A stretch of DNA of 52,983 nt from positions 1 to 52,983 of the IMG/VR virus record IMGVR_UViG_3300038379_000080. One strand, given 5' to 3'. Position numbers and translations under genes: made by a program. The DNA is from a virus. Lineage: Duplodnaviria > Caudoviricetes. The notes below the pieces were generated by a model. That model had not been told where the DNA came from. It made no database searches and saw only the letters and a program-made list of their open reading frames with translations. Shown here in pieces: positions 44,266 through 52,983 of this stretch. Each line of letters begins with the position of its first letter. The first letter of the stretch is position 1.

Positions 44266-47200
44266 TTACTCCAGTGAGACTGTGCCACGACGGAGTGCCC
44301 GTCGCAAACTCTTTGCAAAGGTGCGAACGTTTTGATCCGGTGGCGCATCTCTTTGCATGTTGATGTTGATGTCACCCACGTTTGTGACGTTACCGCCGCC
44401 GTGAGCCTGATTGGGTGTCAAGCCAGCATTGATCATCCGGAGCAACGGACTCCAGTTGTCAGTAGCCTCGCCTGTCATAACCATCTCACGCCGGTTGATA
44501 TAGGCAAGCTGATCGTCGCTCCCTCGACCACCGAACGCATAATGCCGTGGCTTGCCACCGAAGAAGCTGTTAGGTTCACCCCCTCCAGCATTCGGAACCA
44601 CGCCACCGATTTCAGCAATGGCCTTTGCAGCATCTCGTGCCTTCTGAATCAACTGATCAGTCTTCAGAATCATCTGGTCAATTGAGTCTACGACAGGAGC
44701 CTTAGCGGAACCTGCTGCCTCTTCAATGAGCTTAAAGACATCGGGAATCCCACCGAGGGCTTCCTTCATCTTTTCTCCTGAAGCACGCAAAGCATCGAGA
44801 TTTTGTTGTGCCTTTTCCTGCTGAGTCATGCTCTCTGTCAAAGCCTGACGCTCTCGCTCAAGCTCTTTCAGACGTTGCATGCCAGGGGAATCTTGAGGCA
44901 GTTGGTTAACATCCTTGCCTGTAGAAACCCGGATGTACTCCTTGTACTTCTCGATAAAGGCATCCAATGCCCCAACCGACTTATCCAGATTTTGCTTTGT
45001 CTTATCCTTGGCAAAAGCCTCATTAGCTTCAAGAGCAGCGGCTTGCAGCTTCTTGAGTTCTCCAACCATCCTACCGGATTGAGTGGGAATCCCAAGAGCA
45101 TTGAACCTTGGAGCTAGGTTGAAATCTGCCTCACCGATTGTCTTCAGTGTGACAGCCATCTTCTTAGCTTCCGCAGCCATCCTCGAATTGGCTTCAGCCC
45201 AAGAGGATTGAATCTGAGTGATTCGATCCTTGATTGCCCTTCCTTGCATCTGGGCTGTCTCTTGCTCAAGTCTTGCACGGTCTGCAAGAATCCGAGCATT
45301 GACTTCACGCTCAAGAGCCTCACGCTGCTTGTTGATGAAATCAAGAGTACCAAGTCGGTCACGAAGTTCCAATTCAGAAGCAGCCTTTCGAGCGATCGCA
45401 GCCTGCCGATCGAACTCGCTAAGAGCAGCCTTGGGATCTTCCTTGAACTGCTTCGTCGGTTCACCCTTGTCGTCCAAGACCTTGATTTTCTCCAACTCGG
45501 TGATTGCCTGTTGGATGGTCTTGACCCGAGCCTTCTCCCGGATTTCCAGATCCTGGATGACCTTGAGCTGACGTTCCTTTTCAGCTCGCAGCTTTTGTTC
45601 AGCGGCCAGCCGTTCTTGAGCAATAGCTTTCATCTGCCGTTCAAGCTCAGCAGTGCGAACAGTGAATTCAAATCGCTGACGCATCTGTCCAGTAACAGGA
45701 TCAACTTCGATTCCAGCCGGAGTTTGCGTACCTCGACGAATTCTTTCATCGAATTCGGCACGCTGTTTTCGGGTATTGGCTTCAAAGAGATCGCTCGTTA
45801 GTTTCTCCACTTCTCCGTAGAGCTTACGAGCCTCGTCAACGCTTTCCTTGGTGCCTTCGCGGAACTTGCGACGAGCCAGTTCTGCAATCTCGTTGATACG
45901 AGACTTGATCAAGGCAACCTTCTGTTCATCCACCACCATGCCAGTTGCAGAATCAATACGTCCTTCGCTTGCGAACTTCATCTTCGTGTCGAAGACCGTA
46001 TCAGTCAGCTTCCGCTGCATGCCTTCCGTAGCCTTCAAGCTAGATTCGATCATTCCCTTGGCTTCGCTCGCCGCATCTCGCAACGTCTTCAAGCCTTGTG
46101 AAATCGAATCAAAGTAGCTTTTGCCGGCTACTTTGGTCTGCTCAGTAATCTCCTTGAGATTTTGAACAGCCTTAGCCTTGGCATCATCAGCAGTCTGGAC
46201 ATTCTTCGTATGAAATCGAAGAATGATGGACCCACGAGTATCGAACTCCTTTTGCGTATCCTCGATTTCGCTGCGGAAAGTTGAAGATGCTCGATCCTGA
46301 CGGTTCAAGCCTTCAAATCTCATTGCCTCGATCTTCTCAAGATCGGCCTTGATTTTCTCGATACGCCGCTGATCATCCTGATTGAAAATCAGCATACCGA
46401 GAGTGAAGCCAATCCCAAAGCCGCCTAGCGCGACGTTGAGATTTTGCACTGCAAAGGTGAGGGTATTAGTTGCAGCCGCTGCGGCTTGACTCGCAAGTGA
46501 AGCCGAATTCGTTGCAAATGCTGCTCGCAACTGAGCCGTTGCATTAGCCACAGTTGCAGCCGTATTGGTTGCTGATGCTGCACTGAGGGCACTCATGTTC
46601 AAGGTGGCTGTGGCTGCCGTCGTCCCTGTGGTAGCCAAAGTCGTGTTGTAGATGCCGGTTGCCACCGACGCAGCAATTGCGCCAGCTTTCCAACCGACAA
46701 GCCCAATGACAACTGGAGTCAGAAACTTCTCGACCTTTTGCAGCACGTTTGCCATGCCGCCAAGACCTTCAGCGATTTTGACTGCGGCTTGAACAATGCC
46801 GTCACCAAACTCGGTGGAGAAGAAGACCTTCACCTCGTTAATCTGACGACGAACTCGATCACCGAAGCTCTGCATAACGATATCAACAGCTCGGTTGAAA
46901 TCGCCCTGACCCTCGGTAATCTGTTGCAAGTCCTTTTGGAAATCGCCGAAGCTGTTGCCAGTCAGATTTATAGCACCACGGAACGCACGAATCTGATTGA
47001 ATAGTTCGCCGAGCCGGTTAGAACCCTTCTGAGCTTCCACATCCAATTTCTGGAGGACGCCACTGAACCCAAAGGTCTGAATGGCAGCCTGACCAGAAGC
47101 GACACCCCATTCCTTGAACAACTCCTTCATCGCATCCGTTGGACGGATCAACTTCAGAAGCAGATTGGAAATCAGTGTCGAAGCATCCGAGAACTTCATA

Positions 47201-48369
47201 CCCTTGACAGTAAGGGTGGTGATTGCAGCAGCAACTTCTTCGAGCTTCACGCCTGCGTCCGCTGCAATGGTGCCGACTCGACCGAATGTGTCGGCCATTT
47301 CGTTACCACGCACACGACCAAGCTCAATGGTCTTGAAGAAGATTGAAGCAACCTTCTCTGCATCCTGCGTCGGGATGTTGAACGACTTCATTGCCGACGA
47401 CAGAAGATTAACGCTGTCGGCAGCCGAAGTAACAGACGCCTTCGAGAATCGAAGCGCTGTTTCCAAGAACTGGAACGTCTCAGCACCCTTCGTCACCTGG
47501 TTGGACAAGCTCATGTACGCGGCTTCTGCAACGTCAGCCTGGCTATTGCCAAACTGTTGCGAGAGCCGACGAACACCAGAGGACCACTCATCCATGCTGA
47601 CACCAGACCTCTGCGAGATAGTGCCGATTTCGGCAATACGTACAGAGAAGTCTGTAGCAGACTGAATGCCGTCCACAAGCGAACTTTGCAAAGCGCCTGT
47701 GACACGCTTGATGACCTGCGCCTCGAAGAGACGAAGAACACCCTGCCAGCTAATGGTGATTTTCTCTCCCATTCGCTGAGCCTTATCACCAGTCACATCG
47801 AAGCCGGTCATCATTGTCCGAAGTGCCCGAGTAAGCGAAGCCTCCTCAGCAGTCAGGTTCGGAATGATTTGCTTCGGGTTGCTTGTGAGCTGATTATAGA
47901 TTTGCTGGAACCGTTGCAGGCTCACAGCACCAGACTCAATAGCAGCGCGCACCCGTTGTAGGGCTGCCTCCGCTGCATTGATCTGATTCGTGTTTTGACC
48001 CGGCTGAAGTCCCTTGAGCTTCGCCGCAGAGAGCATTGCCTCGACAGTATTGGCATCAGTTCGACGCTGGGCAGCGATTGCCGCTTTCTCCTGTGCCTCA
48101 AGGGCCTTCAAGGATTGAGTGGCAGCATCACTCTTGGCCCCGATCAACTCGAAGCCGGCAGCAGTCTGTCGAAGAGTTGCTTCCAGTTTGGTGCCGTCTG
48201 CCGCAATCGCCCGAAACGTCTGAGAAATCAACTGGCCTTGAGAGTTGAACCTCTCAATGGCATCACCCAGCTTCATAGCAGCAGCCTGTTGGCCGGCCAT
48301 CAACTGGATGAACTGTTCGGCGGCAGACTTGGCATCACTGGCAAGATTGAAGCCAAGTGTGATTGCCAT
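44266..48369 (-). CDS. tail tape measure protein (TP901-like core)
   Basis: 1367 aa, helical and Ala-rich, TMP repeat region, TM-like segments. Confidence 0.9.
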   Translation of the reverse strand: MAITLGFNLASDAKSAAEQFIQLMAGQQAAAMKLGDAIERFNSQGQLISQTFRAIAADGTKLEATLRQTAAGFELIGAKSDAATQSLKALEAQEKAAIAAQRRTDANTVEAMLSAAKLKGLQPGQNTNQINAAEAALQRVRAAIESGAVSLQRFQQIYNQLTSNPKQIIPNLTAEEASLTRALRTMMTGFDVTGDKAQRMGEKITISWQGVLRLFEAQVIKRVTGALQSSLVDGIQSATDFSVRIAEIGTISQRSGVSMDEWSSGVRRLSQQFGNSQADVAEAAYMSLSNQVTKGAETFQFLETALRFSKASVTSAADSVNLLSSAMKSFNIPTQDAEKVASIFFKTIELGRVRGNEMADTFGRVGTIAADAGVKLEEVAAAITTLTVKGMKFSDASTLISNLLLKLIRPTDAMKELFKEWGVASGQAAIQTFGFSGVLQKLDVEAQKGSNRLGELFNQIRAFRGAINLTGNSFGDFQKDLQQITEGQGDFNRAVDIVMQSFGDRVRRQINEVKVFFSTEFGDGIVQAAVKIAEGLGGMANVLQKVEKFLTPVVIGLVGWKAGAIAASVATGIYNTTLATTGTTAATATLNMSALSAASATNTAATVANATAQLRAAFATNSASLASQAAAAATNTLTFAVQNLNVALGGFGIGFTLGMLIFNQDDQRRIEKIKADLEKIEAMRFEGLNRQDRASSTFRSEIEDTQKEFDTRGSIILRFHTKNVQTADDAKAKAVQNLKEITEQTKVAGKSYFDSISQGLKTLRDAASEAKGMIESSLKATEGMQRKLTDTVFDTKMKFASEGRIDSATGMVVDEQKVALIKSRINEIAELARRKFREGTKESVDEARKLYGEVEKLTSDLFEANTRKQRAEFDERIRRGTQTPAGIEVDPVTGQMRQRFEFTVRTAELERQMKAIAQERLAAEQKLRAEKERQLKVIQDLEIREKARVKTIQQAITELEKIKVLDDKGEPTKQFKEDPKAALSEFDRQAAIARKAASELELRDRLGTLDFINKQREALEREVNARILADRARLEQETAQMQGRAIKDRITQIQSSWAEANSRMAAEAKKMAVTLKTIGEADFNLAPRFNALGIPTQSGRMVGELKKLQAAALEANEAFAKDKTKQNLDKSVGALDAFIEKYKEYIRVSTGKDVNQLPQDSPGMQRLKELERERQALTESMTQQEKAQQNLDALRASGEKMKEALGGIPDVFKLIEEAAGSAKAPVVDSIDQMILKTDQLIQKARDAAKAIAEIGGVVPNAGGGEPNSFFGGKPRHYAFGGRGSDDQLAYINRREMVMTGEATDNWSPLLRMINAGLTPNQAHGGGNVTNVGDININMQRDAPPDQNVRTFAKSLRRALRRGTVSLE

Positions 48370-48980
48370 TAGAATCCCTCAAGCAGGAGTTCGCGTGTTG
48401 CCAAAATCCCGTTAATGTTCGGACGGGTTTGGGACGTTGTTGTACTGGTGCCTTGAGTTCTGATTTCGATCTTACCAAGGATTGCCTCAATCTTGGGGAA
48501 TCGATTAGGTGAGTTCTCAAGGTAATTGGTCATCGCTGCCAAGCCTTCCTTTATGGAGTTCCAAGGAGCGCTTGGGATTCGAGAGCCAATGTCGTTAGCG
48601 AGGAAGTATCTGATTTGGTTGTCAATGGTGAAGACAACCTGATCTCCGACTCTTCGGAGTACCTGATTCGCCGGCGTCGCAAACCGCGTGCCATAAAGAG
48701 GCTTCTTGAGGACGCGAGACCCCGACGAATGGTAGTAATACTCCGGCTTGGTTGCATACCCGGCATTGCCAGCCCCTGTGCCAGAAACTTTGAAGAACTT
48801 GGCGATATCAGTAAAGGAACCCCTCAAAAAGCCTGTCCGCTGAGGGATTCTCACCAGACAGGCTTTGAGGAATTCCTGCACAGCCTTGGTCATTTCTTGC
48901 CGAATAAAGGCTGTAACGACTCGTTCAAAATCAGACCGATCCAGCGTGGCGATTTCGGCCTTCATCGTGATTTGAGCCAT
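48369..48980 (-). CDS. hypothetical protein (HK97 gp10-like motif)
   Basis: RIPQRTGFLRGS resembles P..TG.LR.S. Confidence 0.55.
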   Translation of the reverse strand: MAQITMKAEIATLDRSDFERVVTAFIRQEMTKAVQEFLKACLVRIPQRTGFLRGSFTDIAKFFKVSGTGAGNAGYATKPEYYYHSSGSRVLKKPLYGTRFATPANQVLRRVGDQVVFTIDNQIRYFLANDIGSRIPSAPWNSIKEGLAAMTNYLENSPNRFPKIEAILGKIEIRTQGTSTTTSQTRPNINGILATRELLLEGF

Positions 48981-49213
48981 TACACACCTCTTGATAGTTT
49001 GGCAAGTTCAACGTCCCTCTTCGTCTCCTCAGTCTGTCGAACCTGATCGTAGCCAAGCAGCATAGCTTGTAGCCAAGGATGGCATTCGTCCCACGATGCT
49101 TGTACATTCGGAGGACGAATGCCGAACCTTTCACAAGCACGCCAAATGGCATACTCTGTTGTTCGACCATCAGGAATGATTAGACGGTCGGCTGTGTAAG
49201 ACCAGCAAAAAAA
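48980..49213 (-). CDS. tail assembly chaperone GT extension (-1 frame)
   Basis: Slippery T TTT TTT at 49207-49213; -1 frame open (...LIIPDGRTTEYAIWRACERFG...) to TAA coupled to the next ATG. Confidence 0.8.
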   Translation of the reverse strand, partial: FFCWSYTADRLIIPDGRTTEYAIWRACERFGIRPPNVQASWDECHPWLQAMLLGYDQVRQTEETKRDVELAKLSRGV

Positions 49214-49650
49214 CGCTTGCGGGCCTGCTCCAACTTGTCCTGATTCAGACCGTTGGCAGCCGACAGACCATCCATAATGATGTTGACTTCAGGAGTAGAA
49301 AAACCGGCTTGTCGCAGCTCCTCTTCCCACAGATGCCAGGTAGTTTGATCATCGGCTTTCAGGATACTCCATTCCAGATCCTCTGTGATAGAGAGGGCCT
49401 GCATCATCATGTATCCGTACCGAGCTTGATTTCGCCTCCCAACCAGACCGACGTAACCGGGATCTTTCAGATCGGGTTCTCGTGCCCCACCCGGCTTTTG
49501 GATCATCGGCGCTTGCGGCTCCGGGTATACCTTATCGAAGCCAGACATGTCCAATACGGCTTGAGCTTTGAACACCAAATCACCATCATGCCGAGGGATG
49601 ATGATGTACTCAATGTTCGGCCCCTTGATTTCGCGACCCTTCAGCTTCAT
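49180..49650 (-). CDS. tail assembly chaperone G
   Basis: Between tail tube and TMP; GAGGA RBS; ends at slippery site. Confidence 0.8.
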   Translation of the reverse strand: MKLKGREIKGPNIEYIIIPRHDGDLVFKAQAVLDMSGFDKVYPEPQAPMIQKPGGAREPDLKDPGYVGLVGRRNQARYGYMMMQALSITEDLEWSILKADDQTTWHLWEEELRQAGFSTPEVNIIMDGLSAANGLNQDKLEQARKRFFAGLTQPTV

Positions 49651-49669
49651 ACTGTCCTCGGGAATGAAA

Positions 49670-49698
49670 GGCGGGCTGTCTATATCAGACAGCCCGCC
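49670..49698 (-). terminator. intrinsic terminator
   Basis: GGCGGGCTGTC...GACAGCCCGCC followed by TTT on minus strand. Confidence 0.7.
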
Positions 49699-49706
49699 CA
49701 ATGACG

Positions 49707-50435
49707 TTAGGCGTATGTCACGCGCGTGACATCGACTTCGACGACGTTGGCCTTGCCAGTAATAGAAATCTGACCGGCCTTGAGATCGTGACCAAGCTCC
49801 TCGTAACGGAAATCACGGATAGTGTAGATTTCCATTTGCTCAGAGGAGCAAGGCGGCGTGTACTCGATTACAAGATCCACGCAGTACGGTTCACACGGGT
49901 CAGACCCGGCTGTCACCCAGCCCGCAGCTTCACCGCGCTTCTTGAGGACATCCTCGATGGTGGGAGTGCCACCAGTCGAAGCCTTGAGGAAGACCCATGT
50001 GGCGTCGAGCTTGACCTCGACCGGATCTTCGTCACCCTTCCGAACCGTATCCAGCTTCCCACGATCCTTCACGTAGGTGATCATCCGCTTCTCGGTCCAG
50101 GAAATATTTCCTTCACCGATTCGGATTTGCAGATGGTGGGGCTGGATTGTGATTACATCGTTATCCAGCACAGCAGTAGCCAGACCCGGCGTGAACGTGA
50201 TCTGAGTTGTTGCGCCCAGCGTCTCGGTATGCGCCGTGATTTGATACCGCTGCTGACGGCCAGCGATTGTGAAGTAGTCGCCTGTGACGACTGCTCCAGT
50301 GAATCCATCGACTGCCATGACTGTCGTACCAATAGGGTAGCCAGCCATGAGATTAACTGCACCAGTCGGATCGGCAGGGCCAGTGTAGCCGTCCCGAATG
50401 TAGACGTTGCAGTTCTTGATGTCCAGTTGTGCCAT
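49707..50435 (-). CDS. major tail tube protein, copy 2
   Basis: Directly upstream of G/GT; near-identical to 50453..51181. Confidence 0.75.
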   Translation of the reverse strand: MAQLDIKNCNVYIRDGYTGPADPTGAVNLMAGYPIGTTVMAVDGFTGAVVTGDYFTIAGRQQRYQITAHTETLGATTQITFTPGLATAVLDNDVITIQPHHLQIRIGEGNISWTEKRMITYVKDRGKLDTVRKGDEDPVEVKLDATWVFLKASTGGTPTIEDVLKKRGEAAGWVTAGSDPCEPYCVDLVIEYTPPCSSEQMEIYTIRDFRYEELGHDLKAGQISITGKANVVEVDVTRVTYA

Positions 50436-50452
50436 TGGATTTTGTCCTCAGG

Positions 50453-51181
50453 TTACGGGTCGAGCCGAGCAACGTCAACTTCGATCACGTTAGCTTTACC
50501 CGTGACAGAGAGCTGACCAGCCTTGAGATCGTGACCCAATTCCTCGTAACGGAAATCTCGAATCGTGTAGATTTCGAGCTTTTCCGATGTACACGGAGGC
50601 GTGTACTCAATCACGAGATCGACGCAATACGGCTCGCACGGATCACTTCCAGAAGTGGTCCAAGATGCCGCCTCACCTCGATTCTTGAGGACATCCTCAA
50701 TGGTCGGGGTTTGCCCGGTCGAAGCCTTGAGGAACACCCACGTCGCATCGAGCTTAACCTCGACCGGATCTTCGTCGCCCTTGCGAACCGTGTCGAGCTT
50801 GCCACGGTCCTTGACGTAGGTAATCATCCGCTTCTCGGTCCAGGACACATTGCCCTCACCGATTCGGATTTGAAGTTGACGCGGAGCAATGTCAACGTCA
50901 TCGTTGTCCAGAGCCGCCGTAACCAGACCCGGAGTAATGGTAATCTGGGTTGTGTTACCCAGAGTCTCCGAGTGCGAGGCAATTTGGTAGCGTGTGGCTC
51001 GGCCACCGATGGTAACGTAATCACCAGTCGTGACCGCACCAGTCGCCCCGTCAACAGCAAGAACAGTTGTGCCAATGGCATAACCTGCCCCGTTGTTGAT
51101 CTTCAGATTTGCAAGCCCTGCGATGCCGGAGTAACCGTCACGCAGATAGACATTGCAGTTCTTGATGTCAAGTTGAGCCAT
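50453..51181 (-). CDS. major tail tube protein, copy 1
   Basis: 242-aa paralog; GGAGG RBS. Confidence 0.75.
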   Translation of the reverse strand: MAQLDIKNCNVYLRDGYSGIAGLANLKINNGAGYAIGTTVLAVDGATGAVTTGDYVTIGGRATRYQIASHSETLGNTTQITITPGLVTAALDNDDVDIAPRQLQIRIGEGNVSWTEKRMITYVKDRGKLDTVRKGDEDPVEVKLDATWVFLKASTGQTPTIEDVLKNRGEAASWTTSGSDPCEPYCVDLVIEYTPPCTSEKLEIYTIRDFRYEELGHDLKAGQLSVTGKANVIEVDVARLDP

Positions 51182-51186
51182 GACGG

Positions 51187-51660
51187 CTAGACCTCCAGGT
51201 GCATGCAGTAATAGCCTTGAACCATTGACTGCATTGCCTTGACTTCAGGGTTGATCTGTCCAATATGCGTGATTTTGATCTGCTCACCTTCATACGTCGT
51301 TAGCTGCATGACCCCAAATTGGGCCTGGTCATCAACGATTGGCGTGTTCCCATATCTCTTCATCGGAACACACTTTGTGAATGCAGCGGCTGCAATGCCG
51401 ACGTTTCGGTGAAGCGTATGAATGCTTGTAACATTCTGCTTGGACACAATCAGAATGTTGATGACAGCCTCCAGCTTCCAATAGTCTTTTGAGATTTCGG
51501 TACAAACAGGACCGTTCATCCGAAACTCGAAGTAGTTCGTCAAGTTCTCTGTCTTTTGATCCTCACCTTCGACAAAGAAATCAATACCTTGCCGAAGATC
51601 AGAGAACCACTTAGAGAACGATGCGAAGACCCAGCGGGGCCAATGTTGGTTCATGCTCAT
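51187..51660 (-). CDS. putative tail terminator / completion protein
   Basis: Position upstream of tail tube, size; GAGGT RBS. Confidence 0.55.
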   Translation of the reverse strand: MSMNQHWPRWVFASFSKWFSDLRQGIDFFVEGEDQKTENLTNYFEFRMNGPVCTEISKDYWKLEAVINILIVSKQNVTSIHTLHRNVGIAAAAFTKCVPMKRYGNTPIVDDQAQFGVMQLTTYEGEQIKITHIGQINPEVKAMQSMVQGYYCMHLEV

Positions 51661-51667
51661 GGCTACC

Positions 51668-52639
51668 TCACTGGTAATACACTTTGAGGACGACCTGATC
51701 AATCCGACCTGTCATGGGATTATCGAATCCCTGAGCTTCGATCGAGATTCCAAAGTCAGGACTATTGATTTCCTCTGGCGTCCAAGTTGTGCCCCACAAA
51801 TCAGATGAACTGCCATAAGTAGCAATTGCATCCGTGCCAAGCGGCCAGTTGGAAGCAGACGCCTTATTGTTTCCGACAAGCCCAGCAGTTTTGCGAAGCC
51901 TGATAGTCAAATCTCGAACATCTCCGCCAGTAGTAATTGCATTTCGTTCAATTCTAGCTTCGATGCCTAGAATCGTCGCATTTGCTGGAACAGAAAAGTT
52001 GAATGTGACTCTTAGTTCATCGCTGATGCCGCTATCCAGATTGACAGTAGCATAGCCATCATTGCTGACAAGTACGTTTCCGGGATTACCCCAGGCTTCA
52101 TTACCTGTCGAAACATTGATGGAGGTTGTCGGAGTTTTCGTTTGAGAGTGTACCAAGACCTCAGACAGTTTTTGGAGGAAGCGAACGGCTTGATAGTTCA
52201 CCGTCTCATGGATTTCGTTGACCGGGGCACCAACCAACCGTTGAACGATTAGTTGATACCCCGAATCAACTTCCAGCTTTTCCGCGAGCTTGATCTCGTA
52301 CTTACGATGATTTTGTACGAGGAAGTCTTCAGGAAGGATTTCAAATCCGTCGGGCAAGTCCCGACCATCGATGATTACCTTCTTGAACTCTTGATCTTGG
52401 TATCCACCATAGGCAAACTCTCGCGCAGCCTTGAGGAAAGACGCGGAGTAGAAAGCCAGAGTCTCAAACTTAATCGGCATCCAGATTACCCTGTCAAGAC
52501 CATACCTGACACGAGTAAGATTTTTGTCGCCAGTTGTGAGATCAGTGGCCCCGACAGTTGTACGGTAGATCGAAGCCTCTATTCCGTACTCCATCTTCAG
52601 CATATACAACTGATGGCGGAGAAAGATCAAGTTATTCAC
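51668..52639 (-). CDS. putative head-closure protein fused to a beta-rich domain
   Basis: N-terminal ~160 aa connector-like; C-terminal WGNPGN...FSVPANATILGIE...LWGTTWTP domain. Confidence 0.55.
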   Translation of the reverse strand: MNNLIFLRHQLYMLKMEYGIEASIYRTTVGATDLTTGDKNLTRVRYGLDRVIWMPIKFETLAFYSASFLKAAREFAYGGYQDQEFKKVIIDGRDLPDGFEILPEDFLVQNHRKYEIKLAEKLEVDSGYQLIVQRLVGAPVNEIHETVNYQAVRFLQKLSEVLVHSQTKTPTTSINVSTGNEAWGNPGNVLVSNDGYATVNLDSGISDELRVTFNFSVPANATILGIEARIERNAITTGGDVRDLTIRLRKTAGLVGNNKASASNWPLGTDAIATYGSSSDLWGTTWTPEEINSPDFGISIEAQGFDNPMTGRIDQVVLKVYYQ

Positions 52640-52651
52640 AGAAAGGCTCCC

Positions 52652-52945
52652 TTATTTCTGCATCCCCTTAACGATCTGGTGAGTCTCCACAACAAGGGTG
52701 TATGTCGCCTTGTCGCGTTGCTCATTCGCTTCAAGGAGGCTGCCGATCTTCTGGAGAGTCTCCGCATTGACTTCGTTAGTCTTTTGAGCAGACTTCACAA
52801 GTTCAACATGCGAGTCTTTGATTGGGAGAACAACTTTCTCGCCAGTCCACTTCAAGACCTTCCAGATCGCAATACCAACGAAAATCAAAACAGCCGACGG
52901 AAAGCCAACTGTCTTGATGAACTCTGTTACTGCTGAAAGTTCCAT
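52652..52945 (-). CDS. holin-like membrane protein
   Basis: FIKTVGFP..TM helix then coiled coil; GGAGG RBS. Confidence 0.55.
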   Translation of the reverse strand: MELSAVTEFIKTVGFPSAVLIFVGIAIWKVLKWTGEKVVLPIKDSHVELVKSAQKTNEVNAETLQKIGSLLEANEQRDKATYTLVVETHQIVKGMQK

Positions 52946-52983
52946 GAGGTTCCTCCGGGTTAGAGAGATCTCACCCCACCCTC

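Noticed and set aside
49707-51181. Diversity-generating retroelement TR/VR pair
   Set aside because: Both copies are full genes, differences are not visibly adenine-specific, and no reverse transcriptase is present.
49701-51190. Long plus-strand ORFs 49701..50516 and 50429..51190, and similar antisense ORFs elsewhere
   Set aside because: Antisense shadows of codon-biased real genes, duplicated along with them.
1-52983. Genome-wide stop-codon reassignment as the explanation for the UGA at 39348
   Set aside because: Many genes end in TGA with ATGA/GTGA coupling and long genes are intact under code 11, so any readthrough must be site-specific.

Overview
A 53-kb segment of a large tailed dsDNA phage with siphovirus-like tail genes. 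The host is probably a planctomycete, inferred from a TIGR02996-like 'ILADWLDEH' motif and an 'APVPKPK' signal-peptide signature. From 1 to 31.5 kb (minus strand) lie many small accessory ORFs, two LAGLIDADG endonucleases (one frameshifted), tRNAs and structured tRNA-like RNAs, a sigma factor, a class II RNR, PolA, a SNF2 helicase and two ParB-like proteins. A quasi-palindromic divergent control region sits at 31.5-32 kb. From 32 to 38 kb (plus strand) are a primase-helicase, dNMP kinase, Dam-type methylase, dCMP deaminase and DEDDh exonuclease. From 38 to 53 kb (minus strand) is the tail module: tail-tip protein, tape measure, G/GT frameshift chaperone and two tandem tail tube paralogs. The most notable observation is a small Cys-rich tail-module gene whose in-frame UGA aligns with a Cys in its adjacent paralog and is followed 11 nt later by a SECIS-like hairpin, making it a candidate phage selenoprotein. 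Also notable are a set of non-canonical tRNA-like RNAs and a repeated GATTTGATTTT operator motif bracketing three sigma70 promoters. All assignments come from reading motifs by eye; no searches were run.
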